Positions 24,177-32,063 of a stretch of 64,000 nt of DNA are shown here, one piece after another. The DNA is from a bacterium (GTDB lineage Bacteria; Hydrothermota; Tepidihabitantia; Tepidihabitantales; Tepidihabitantaceae). The position numbers and the translations under genes are program-made. Where the stretch lies: positions 30,596 to 94,595 of the forward strand of contig DATJQV010000081.1 of assembly GCA_035505375.1 (NCBI GenBank), read 5' to 3'. Each line of letters begins with the position of its first letter. Position 1 is the stretch's first letter. The notes below the pieces were generated by a model. It was not told the DNA's origin and made no database searches. It saw nothing but the letters and a program-made list of their open reading frames with translations.

Positions 24177-25594
24177 GCCCCGAGACCGCTCCTGAGTCTT
24201 CGCTCCGCAAACCCCCGCAGGCGCTCGAGGCCGAGGCGGCGGTCATCGGGGCGATGTTGCTCAATCCCGACACTGTGCCCACCGTGCTCCAGTACCTGAA
24301 ACCCCATGACTTCTATCTCCAGACCCACCGTCGGGTCTACGAAGCCGTCATCACTCTGTTCGAACAGAACTCGCCGACCGACATCGTCACCGTCACCACC
24401 GAGCTGAAACGGATGAAAGAGCTCGAAGCCATCGGCGGACAGTCCTTCCTGTCCGCGCTGCTCGACGGCGTGCTGACCACCGCCAACTGCGAGGAGTACG
24501 CCCAGCTCGTACTCGAGAAGTCCGTGCAGCGCCAGCTCATCAGCACCGCGACCGAAATCGTCCAGGCCAGCTACGACGAATCGCGCCGGGCCAACGAACT
24601 GGTGGAAGAAGCCGAACAGAAGATATTCAACATCCGCGAGGCGGGCTCCCGCCGCGGCTTCGCCAACATGAAGGACCTGCTGAAAGTCGAGATGGAGCGG
24701 GTTGAGAAAGCGATGGCCGACAAGAAGCTGATAACCGGCATCGAGACCGGCTTCACCGATCTGGACGAAAGAACCAGCGGGTTCCAACCCGGGGACCTCA
24801 TCATCATCGCCGGCCGCCCCGGCATGGGCAAGACCGCCTTTGCGCTCAGCATTGCCGCAAAAGCCAACACCCGTCGCCCGGTTCCAACCGCGATATTCAG
24901 CCTTGAGATGTCGGCCGAGGCCCTGACGCAGCGGCTGATGTGCTCGGAGGCGGGTCTGAGCATGCACTCGCTGCGCCGCGGCATGCTGACTCCGCGCCAG
25001 CGTACGCGGCTGGCGGCCACGCTCGGCGGGCTGTACGAAGCCCCGATCCACGTGGATGACACGCCCGGGCTGACTGCGCTCGACATGCGTGCCCGCGCCC
25101 GGCGACTGAAGTCCCAGGGCCCCCTCTCCATGGTTATCATCGACTACCTGCAGCTGATGGAGGCGACCACCCGGCGACGTGAGGCCAATCGCCAACAGGA
25201 AATAACCGAAATCACTCGCGCGCTCAAGGCCATGGCCAAGGAGCTGGAGATCCCGGTTGTCGTGCTCTCCCAGCTTTCCCGGGCGACCGAGAAACGTGAC
25301 GACCGCCGGCCCCAGCTCGCCGACCTGCGCGAGTCCGGCTCAATCGAGCAGGATGCGGATGTGGTGCTCTTCCTCTTCCGTCCGGCAATGTATCAGAAAG
25401 GCGAGAACGTCGACCCCAACATCGAGCACGAGGCCCATCTCGACATTGCCAAGCAACGCAACGGACCGACCGGCGAGATTCCGCTGACCTACCTGCCTGA
25501 GTGCATGCGCTTCGAGAACCCCGCCGGCCGCGAGATGCAGGGACCGCTGGGCCCGCCCGAGGAAGAAGAAGCCGAGGACGTCCTGCCGGAATGA
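24173..25594 (+). CDS. dnaB: Replicative DNA helicase DnaB
   Basis: PPQALEAEAAVIGAMLLNPD...LIIIAGRPGMGKTAFALSIA...SLEMSAEAL...IIDYLQLM...VVVLSQLSRATE...IEQDADVVLFLFRP...IAKQRNGPTG. ATGA overlap with coaBC. Confidence 0.92.
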   Translation: MSPETAPESSLRKPPQALEAEAAVIGAMLLNPDTVPTVLQYLKPHDFYLQTHRRVYEAVITLFEQNSPTDIVTVTTELKRMKELEAIGGQSFLSALLDGVLTTANCEEYAQLVLEKSVQRQLISTATEIVQASYDESRRANELVEEAEQKIFNIREAGSRRGFANMKDLLKVEMERVEKAMADKKLITGIETGFTDLDERTSGFQPGDLIIIAGRPGMGKTAFALSIAAKANTRRPVPTAIFSLEMSAEALTQRLMCSEAGLSMHSLRRGMLTPRQRTRLAATLGGLYEAPIHVDDTPGLTALDMRARARRLKSQGPLSMVIIDYLQLMEATTRRREANRQQEITEITRALKAMAKELEIPVVVLSQLSRATEKRDDRRPQLADLRESGSIEQDADVVLFLFRPAMYQKGENVDPNIEHEAHLDIAKQRNGPTGEIPLTYLPECMRFENPAGREMQGPLGPPEEEEAEDVLPE

Positions 25595-25694
25595 GAACGG
25601 CTAACAGCCTACAGCCAACAGCTAGCAGCTCGGATACGTTTCCCGGTTCCAGGTCTGCAGTTCATCCCTCATCCTTCATCCTTCATCCTTACGC

Positions 25695-27065
25695 ATGAAG
25701 TCTTCTGCTTTCGTCTGCCAGAACTGCGGGTTCGAAACTCCGCGCTGGCTGGGCCGGTGTCCGTCCTGCGGCCAGTGGAACACGCTGGTCGAGGAACAGC
25801 GGGTGGCGAAACGCGCGGGCAAGGTCAACGAGCGCGTGCGCGTCGCGACGACCGGCGCCCGTCCGGTCAAACTCAGCCAGGTCGTTTCCAGGTCGGCCAA
25901 GCGTACTTCGACCGGCATCGGCGAGCTTGACCGCGTTCTCGGCGGCGGGCTCGTTCCGGGCTCGCTCCTGCTCATCGGTGGCGAGCCCGGCATCGGCAAG
26001 TCGACCCTGACGCTGCAGGTCTGCAACGAACTCGCCAAGGCCGGCACCAAGGTGCTCTACGTCACCGGCGAAGAATCGGCCGAACAGGTCCGCCTCCGCG
26101 CCGAACGGTTGTCGGCAAAGGCTGACAGCATCTACATCCTCTGCGCGATTGACCTCGACGAGATACTGGGCGCGGCCGATGAAGTGCAGCCCGGCCTGCT
26201 CGTCGTCGATTCCATCCAGACGATGTTCCGTTCGAGTCTCACGAGTGCGCCGGGCAGCGTCGGCCAGGTCCGCGAGTGCACGGCCGAGATGCTCCGCCTG
26301 GCCAAGTCGCGCACCGTGACCACGTTCATCGTCGGCCACGTCACCAAGTCCGGCGCCGTCGCCGGCCCCCGCACCCTCGAACACATGGTCGATACCGTCC
26401 TGTACTTCGAGGGCGAGGGGTTCCAGCAGTACCGGATCGTCCGTGCCGCCAAGAACCGGTACGGCTCGACCAATGAGATCGGCGTCTTCGAGATGACCGA
26501 ATCCGGCCTCGCCGAAGTCGCCAATCCGTCCGAGTTCTTTCTCTCCGGCCGCCATCCGGACGTGTCCGGGTCAGCGGTCGTCGCTACCATCGAAGGCACC
26601 CGGCCCCTGCTCGTCGAAATCCAGGCCCTCGCTGCATCCACGCCCTTTGCCCTGCCGCAGCGCGTCGCCACCGGTTTCGACGCAAGGCGACTGAGCATGC
26701 TCCTCTGTGTGCTCGAGCGCCGGGCCGGAGTCAGCGCCGCCGGACAGGACATCTTCGTCAACATCGCCGGCGGCCTGAAAATCCAGGAACCTGCGGCCGA
26801 CCTCGCGGTCATCGCGGCCCTGGCGTCTTCGATTCGCAACCAGCCGTTGCCCCAGGACGCGGTGTTCATCGGCGAGGTCGGGCTGGGCGGCGAGGTCCGC
26901 TCGGTCGCCCGCACCGAGTCACGCATCGCGGAAGCGGCACGGCTGGGATTCACCAATGTGGTAGTGCCCCGGCGCAGCGTCACCAAGAAGACGCGCACCG
27001 CCGGGGCGCAACTGAAGCCTGTTGATACGGTCCGCGAGGCGCTCGGTGAAGTACCTGATTTCTGA
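25695..27065 (+). CDS. radA: DNA repair protein RadA/Sms
   Basis: MKSSAFVCQNCGFETPRWLGRCPSCGQWNTL (zinc ribbon). GGEPGIGKSTL Walker A. KNRYGSTNE. Lon-like C-terminal domain ...GEVGLGGEVRSV. Confidence 0.92.
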   Translation: MKSSAFVCQNCGFETPRWLGRCPSCGQWNTLVEEQRVAKRAGKVNERVRVATTGARPVKLSQVVSRSAKRTSTGIGELDRVLGGGLVPGSLLLIGGEPGIGKSTLTLQVCNELAKAGTKVLYVTGEESAEQVRLRAERLSAKADSIYILCAIDLDEILGAADEVQPGLLVVDSIQTMFRSSLTSAPGSVGQVRECTAEMLRLAKSRTVTTFIVGHVTKSGAVAGPRTLEHMVDTVLYFEGEGFQQYRIVRAAKNRYGSTNEIGVFEMTESGLAEVANPSEFFLSGRHPDVSGSAVVATIEGTRPLLVEIQALAASTPFALPQRVATGFDARRLSMLLCVLERRAGVSAAGQDIFVNIAGGLKIQEPAADLAVIAALASSIRNQPLPQDAVFIGEVGLGGEVRSVARTESRIAEAARLGFTNVVVPRRSVTKKTRTAGAQLKPVDTVREALGEVPDF

Positions 27066-27250
27066 GCCGCCCAAGCCGGACCACCGGCGCAAGACCAGAC
27101 GAGTGCAGATGCTAGATGCTAGAATGCAGAACACAGAAGTTCGGGGCGCTCAAGCCTCCGCAATCTCGCTTCTCGCTTCTGACTTCGACCATGATTCCTC
27201 GTCCATCTGCGCCGGAATAACCAGTAGCAGCCCGAGAACCGAACGGACAA

Positions 27251-27289
27251 TCCAGAATTCAGAAACCAGAAATCAGAATTCAGAATTCC
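27251..27289 (+). repeat. Word-repeat family F1, copy 2 (upstream of the PIN/TRAM gene)
   Basis: tccagaattcagaaaccagaaatcagaattcagaattcc. Confidence 0.7.
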
Positions 27290-27388
27290 TGAACACTCTA
27301 CCTTCTGTACCCTGCCTTCTGCTTTCTGACTTCGGTCGTACGTTCTCGGGCCATACGCCTCCGGGTACCTGCCCGGGGCGGAGGAGTA

Positions 27389-27967
27389 ATGCTTTTCGGC
27401 AACAAGAAAACGTATGTCATCGACTATGAGACACTGACCGACCCTCGCATCGCCGAGTTCATCGCTTTCGGCCTGATGCAGGGCAAACTCCTGCTCCCTG
27501 AACCGGACCACCCAACGGACAAGGGCGGAAACGACCACGCCAAACGCCGTGCCTGGGAAACCATCGAGAAACTGAAGGCAATCCCCGGCGTCACGGTCAA
27601 ACTGGACAAGAACCTGTTGAAGAAAGACCAACTGCTGGCTGCGGTGCGCAAGAACAAGGCCACGCTCGTCACAGCCGACCCGAACCTGAAGACCGCCCTC
27701 GGTGACGGCAGCGCGGTCACGACGAGCGAAATCTACAACCTGTTCCGGCCGACCTACCTGCCCGGCACCGAGCTCAAGGTCCGCATCGCCAAGAAAGGCA
27801 AAGAGACGGACGAAGGCATCGGCTACCTCGAAGGCGGCATCAAAGTCGTCGTGTCCGGAGCTGCCAATACGGTAGGCCAGGAAATCGAGGTCGTCATCCA
27901 GGGCGGGCTCGACACCGACGTCGGCCGGGTCGTGTTCGCCAAGCCCCGCTTCGCCGAGGTCAAGTAG
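27389..27967 (+). CDS. PIN/TRAM domain protein (YacL-like)
   Basis: 192 aa. N-terminal PIN-like part (...YVIDYETLTDPRIAEFI...TLVTADPNLKTA) and C-terminal TRAM-like beta domain (...LKVRIAKKGKETDEGIGYLEGGIKVVVSGA...IEVVIQ...GRVVFAK). A position after radA is typical for yacL. Confidence 0.55.
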   Translation: MLFGNKKTYVIDYETLTDPRIAEFIAFGLMQGKLLLPEPDHPTDKGGNDHAKRRAWETIEKLKAIPGVTVKLDKNLLKKDQLLAAVRKNKATLVTADPNLKTALGDGSAVTTSEIYNLFRPTYLPGTELKVRIAKKGKETDEGIGYLEGGIKVVVSGAANTVGQEIEVVIQGGLDTDVGRVVFAKPRFAEVK

Positions 27968-27981
27968 GCATCTCGGAATCG

Positions 27982-28019
27982 AAGCCGGACGCCTGCCTTG
28001 GCGTCCGGCTTCTTGCTTG
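27982..28019 (+). terminator. Rho-independent terminator after the PIN/TRAM gene
   Basis: aagccggacgc (27982-27992), loop ctgccttg, gcgtccggctt (28001-28011): an 11-bp perfect stem followed by cttgcttgg. Confidence 0.65.
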
Positions 28020-28097
28020 GCTCGTTCTGCCGAATCCAACGAGATAGCCAGGCCCGGATAGATCGGAGGTCAGGACTCAGAATTGCAGGCGTCCGAA

Positions 28098-28133
28098 CTT
28101 CTGATTTCTGGTATCTGAATTCCGGTCTCTGAC
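28098..28133 (-). repeat. Word-repeat family F1, copy 3 (inverted relative to copy 2)
   Basis: The plus strand reads cttctgatttctggtatctgaattccggtctctgac. Confidence 0.7.
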
Positions 28134-28145
28134 TTGTCCGGTCCT

Positions 28146-29006
28146 CTAAATCGGGTACTCGTACACCAGCACCTTGCCGATACGCGGGTGCGGCTTGAGG
28201 CCGAGTGATGCGAACGCCGCTGCCATCTCGTCGCTCGCCGCCATCCCGCTGATGCTCTTCGCTCCGCAATCGTACGCCACACGGGAAATGAAGGAACGGA
28301 AAGCCGCGAGCGCCTGTCTGTTGCCGGCGACGAAGGAGATGTCGAGATCGTTCCCATGGTACCGGTGCGGCCTCAGCACAAGCAACCCTGCCAGACTTCC
28401 GCCTGACCGATATCCGAAAGCGTAACCGGAACGCGCCAACTCCGCCATGTATCGCCGGTCGAGGGTCCGGAACAGCCAGGTGTACTGCAGCAGGCCCTTG
28501 CTGGCCGCGAGCTCCGAGCTTCGCCTGACGTAGTGCAGCGCCTCAGCAACCGATGGCGTGACGAGCGCTGGTCCCGGCCGTGACTTCTTGGGCTCGCCGA
28601 GAAAGAACCGGTACTGCGCGAGTGGTTTGAAACGCATCACGGTCTCGATGATGTGGAGCGACTCGTGGTTCACGTCGGCGGTTGCGAGTCGGAGCGAGAC
28701 CGGCCGTGATTCAAGCGTCTTGTCCAGCACCCGACGCGACAGCTCCTTCCCTATCCCCTGCTTGCGGCATTCCGGATCGACCCGCAGGCCTTCCAGCCAG
28801 TACTCTCCCGGTGACAGTTGCGTCGCCTTGCCATAGCCGACGATTCTCCGTCGAAGCTCTGCTGCCCAGAACCCGCCGTCTTCCACCCAGCGGTCGAAGA
28901 AGAGCGGCACGTAGTCGTTGCCTTCCCATATACGGCGTGAAATCCGCAGCACGGCAGGCTTGTCAGCCAAGGCCATTGGTCGAACGCGGAGCGTCGCGGA
29001 CGCCAC
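28146..29006 (-). CDS. GNAT family N-acetyltransferase (two-domain)
   Basis: ...LRVRPMALADKPAVLRISRRIW...LEGLRVDPECRKQGIGKELSRRVLD.... The start is set at the in-frame GTG at 29006. Upstream ORF-track codons translate an F1 repeat. Confidence 0.7.
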   Translation of the reverse strand: MASATLRVRPMALADKPAVLRISRRIWEGNDYVPLFFDRWVEDGGFWAAELRRRIVGYGKATQLSPGEYWLEGLRVDPECRKQGIGKELSRRVLDKTLESRPVSLRLATADVNHESLHIIETVMRFKPLAQYRFFLGEPKKSRPGPALVTPSVAEALHYVRRSSELAASKGLLQYTWLFRTLDRRYMAELARSGYAFGYRSGGSLAGLLVLRPHRYHGNDLDISFVAGNRQALAAFRSFISRVAYDCGAKSISGMAASDEMAAAFASLGLKPHPRIGKVLVYEYPI

Positions 29007-29059
29007 TCGCCTAGCGCCCCTCGCTGACTGCTTATGGCATCCCGAATCGCCGCGCCGCG

Positions 29060-29106
29060 AATTCTGCTCTCTGGATTCTGGTTTCTGACCTCTGAATTGT
29101 CTGGAT
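29060..29106 (-). repeat. Word-repeat family F1, copy 4
   Basis: The plus strand reads gaattctgctctctggattctggtttctgacctctgaattgtctgga. Confidence 0.65.
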
Positions 29107-29110
29107 CCGC

Positions 29111-30475
29111 TCATGCGACCTCCCACGCGACTTCGTTGTGTACCCATCGGTTCCGGTAGTAGCCGACGGCGAGAATCCCTGCCTCGACGACGATGGAAAC
29201 ACCGATGCCCAGCCAGACGCCGATGACGCCGAGCCCCATCGCTCGCGCGAAGAGCAGCGCGGCCGGAATCTTGATTCCCCAGTTGGAGACGAGCGCGGCA
29301 ACCATCGGGTTACGGGTTGCCCCAGCCCCACGCTGGGCGCTGTCCCAGGCGGTCGACAAACCGAGTACGATGAGCATCGGCGCGAGCACGCGCAGGTACG
29401 CAGTGCCGTAGCGCACGACGTCCGGGTCGCCGTTGAACACACGCACGAGCAAGGGGGCCGACAGAAACAGCACGGGCATCACCGCAAGCTGAAGCAGAGA
29501 GGCGATCCAGAGGACACGCTGACTGACCTTCAGCGCCAGCTCCGGCTTCTGCTGTCCGAGGCTCTGGCCCACGAGCGTCTGCCCGGCCGAGGCCAGACCG
29601 CCGAGATAGATATACATGAGCTGCAGCAGTCTGAGCCCGATGCCGAATGCCGCGGTTGCGGCCGTGCCGAACCGGGTCACGATGCCGAACAATAGCATGC
29701 CGGTGAGCGGCCGGGTGATGGCCTGCAGTCCGGCAGGAATCCCGATATTGAGAATCGTCTTGACCGCCGCGGGCCTGACCGGCCCGCGCAGAGTGAGAAG
29801 CTCGCGCCGGTGCAGTAGTATCGCCATCGCCACCAGCCCGCCGGATTGAGACAGAACGGTTGCCAGCGCCGCTCCGGCTGCGCCCAGCCGCGGCAGGCCC
29901 AGCCAGCCGAAGATGAGCAACGGGTCGAGCGCGAAGTTGAGGACGTTGGTCGCGAGGGTGATGAACATCGGCGTCCGCGTGTCTCCGAGCGCCTGGAACC
30001 CGGAATAGAGCACCATCCCGGCGAAGAAACCGGGCAGCACTGCCAGCAGTATCGCGAGGAAACCCCGGCCCGCGGCCACGACGTCGGGCGCCGCTCCGAA
30101 CCAACCCAGGATGCGGCCGGAGAGAATCACGCCGAACACGGCCAGCGGAATCGAACCGAGCACCGCCAGCATGAGCCCGTGCCGCAGGCTCTCCCGCACA
30201 CCGGCTCTGCTGTCCGCGCCGGCCGCGCGCGATGCGGTCGCGAGCACGCCGACCATCACCACCTGCCCCAGCGAATAGAGCACGCTGAGCACCGAGCCGC
30301 CCAGCGCCACCGCGGCCACGGTCGCCGCGCCCAGCCGGCCGACCCAGAACATGTCGACAACGGTCAGCATCGTGTACAGCAGTTGCCCGGTCATCACCGG
30401 CCAGGCAACCTGCCATATCGCGTGGCCCAGCCTGCCGGACAGGTCAACCGTGCTCAGACGTGTCTCTTCAGACAT
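29111..30475 (-). CDS. MATE family efflux transporter
   Basis: MSEETRLSTVDLSGRLGHAIWQVAWPVMTGQLLYTMLTVVDMFWVGRLG... with 12-TM-like hydrophobic periodicity. The start is trimmed to the ATG at 30475, because the upstream 35 ORF codons translate the GGGACA element and GCAGATTACGCAGAT words. Confidence 0.85.
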   Translation of the reverse strand: MSEETRLSTVDLSGRLGHAIWQVAWPVMTGQLLYTMLTVVDMFWVGRLGAATVAAVALGGSVLSVLYSLGQVVMVGVLATASRAAGADSRAGVRESLRHGLMLAVLGSIPLAVFGVILSGRILGWFGAAPDVVAAGRGFLAILLAVLPGFFAGMVLYSGFQALGDTRTPMFITLATNVLNFALDPLLIFGWLGLPRLGAAGAALATVLSQSGGLVAMAILLHRRELLTLRGPVRPAAVKTILNIGIPAGLQAITRPLTGMLLFGIVTRFGTAATAAFGIGLRLLQLMYIYLGGLASAGQTLVGQSLGQQKPELALKVSQRVLWIASLLQLAVMPVLFLSAPLLVRVFNGDPDVVRYGTAYLRVLAPMLIVLGLSTAWDSAQRGAGATRNPMVAALVSNWGIKIPAALLFARAMGLGVIGVWLGIGVSIVVEAGILAVGYYRNRWVHNEVAWEVA

Positions 30476-30535
30476 GAAGCGAGATACTACCGAAGAGAAC
30501 TGCGGGCGCAACCGCAGATTACGCAGATGACGCGG

Positions 30536-30588
30536 GCGGGGACATGACCGAATCCGCCGAGGATTCGGATCGTGTCCCAAGCCCGAAC
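30536..30588 (+). repeat. GGGACA hairpin element, copy upstream of the MATE gene
   Basis: gcggggacatgacc-gaatccgccgaggattc-ggatcgtgtcccaagcccgaacgg. Confidence 0.75.
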
Positions 30589-30849
30589 GGAAGGAGACGA
30601 CCGCTGATGTCGCAGATTCAGGATTCGGACAGAGGAGAAATCAGAATCGAGGACGCGGAGGGAACGTTCACAGATTACGCCGATTCCGCCGACTAGAGAC
30701 GCGGACGGCGAGAACCGCAGACGACGCGCAGCGTCGCCCTGAGCGAGTATGACGAGTCGAAGGGTCTCGCCCGGAAAGGACTACCACGGATGTCGCAGGT
30801 TCCTAACCAGAACCCCTGAACCCCAGAACCCGAACGCTGGAGCGCGGGC

Positions 30850-31098
30850 TCAGGACGAACCGAAGAGCCGGAGTTCGAGTTCGCCGCGGTCGATTCCGAG
30901 ATGATGCGCCACGCTTGCCAGGATGTACTCAAGCGTGCCCACGCGAAGCGACTCGTGGGCCGGTATCGTGACGTGGTGCTCGCCACGCTCGTGCGTCGTC
31001 AGGCGCATGTGGCTGCCGACGCAATGCGTCACCTGGTAGCCGAAATGCCCGAGCAGGTGCGCCAGGTGCTGGCCCGAGACATCGCGCGGCAGCTTCAC
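30850..31098 (-). CDS. hicA: HicA-like toxin (YcfA/HicA mRNA interferase fold)
   Basis: From the in-frame GTG at 31098: VKLPRDVSGQHLAHLLGHFGYQVTHCVGSHMRLTTHERGEHHVTIPAHESLRVGTLEYILASVAHHLGI.... This shows the G-S-H motif and size typical of HicA. GTGA overlap with the upstream gene. Confidence 0.65.
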   Translation of the reverse strand: MKLPRDVSGQHLAHLLGHFGYQVTHCVGSHMRLTTHERGEHHVTIPAHESLRVGTLEYILASVAHHLGIDRGELELRLFGSS

Positions 31099-31307
31099 GG
31101 CGTGATTGTCTCTTCGCGCACGACCTGCACGAACCGCAGCTTGATCGCGTCCGGCTTGGCGCACTCCGCGGCGTGGCACACCGCGGCCTCGCGCACGTTG
31201 GTGTAGAGTTCCTCCAGCGTATCGGCTTCGGTCACGATGCACCCGCACGACGACCGGGCAACAAACCCGCCGTCCCGCTCCTCGACCATGAACTCAACCG
31301 TTGCCAT
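31095..31307 (-). CDS. hicB: HicB-like antitoxin (UPF0150 fold)
   Basis: 70 aa. MATVEFMVEERDGGFVARSSCGCIVTEADTLEELYTNVREAAVCH... follows the HicB N-domain pattern (..E.DGG(Y/F)VA......C.T.G.TLEE....(I/V).EA...). TATAAT lies about 35 nt upstream (plus-strand attata at 31344-31349). Confidence 0.6.
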   Translation of the reverse strand: MATVEFMVEERDGGFVARSSCGCIVTEADTLEELYTNVREAAVCHAAECAKPDAIKLRFVQVVREETITP

Positions 31308-31470
31308 TAATCCTGCCTTTCAGGTACTGATGAGGCACATACCATTATACTCGACCACAACAGAGCCCGCCAGATAGGACAACCGCAGATTACGCAGGTC
31401 AGCCGCCACCTGGCGCTCAAGTTCGGACACTGGAAACTGGTAACTGGGAACTGGAAACTCGCAGCCAAAG

Positions 31471-31746
31471 GCTGCGCTGAAAGCTCGTCAGAAAGCTCGT
31501 TTCAGAGTTCGCCTGAAAGTACCTTAGAAAGCTTACTCGAAAGCTCACTTCATAGCATCTTCCATTGCTCAGCTCAAAGCTCGTCACATCGCATCGCGCA
31601 TCGCTCATCTCAAGGCTCAGCGCATTGCTTCTCACATCGCTCGCTGCAAAGCTCCGTCGAAAGCTCGCGTCAGAGTTCTTTTGAAAGCTCGATTCAAAGC
31701 TCATCTCAAAGCTCGTTTCATCGCTTCTTCGAAAGCTCCCCAAGAG
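31471..31746 (-). repeat. 12-nt phased degenerate array D (23 units)
   Basis: A plus-strand unit start (G-C/T-T/A-C/T, mostly GCTC) occurs at every 12th position from 31471: 31483, 31495, ..., 31735. I checked all 23 by hand. Units look like gctcgtcagaaa gctcgtttcaga gttcgcctgaaa .... Plus-strand 31579-31606 is the reverse complement of a 28-nt block matching array C 19403-19430 at 23/28 positions. Confidence 0.85.
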
Positions 31747-31991
31747 GCAAGCCCCCAGGCGACCCCTATATGCGGATTTTCCGCGACACGACAGTATTTA
31801 ACCGACCGAGAGTAATTGAGTTACGCTCGGTTGGCGAGTGTCACTGAACCTCCAGTTCTTTTTGCCGTCTCGGTGAACCCGGAGTCCACTCGTTCATCGT
31901 TCCACGTCTCCGGTTTTGCCTTTTGGCTCTTGGCTTCTGCCTCTTGACCTCGTCCCCGCCGTCGTGTCCTAAGTCCTCCCCGTTCGGGCAT

Positions 31992-32031
31992 TTCTTGTTT
32001 CTGGTCTCTGAATTCTGGTTTCTGAATTATC
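31992..32031 (-). repeat. Word-repeat family F1, copy 5
   Basis: The plus strand reads ttcttgtttctggtctctgaattctggtttctgaattatc. Confidence 0.65.
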
Positions 32032-32063
32032 CGGTCTTCTCTGTCCCCTACACGGCTGGGGGA

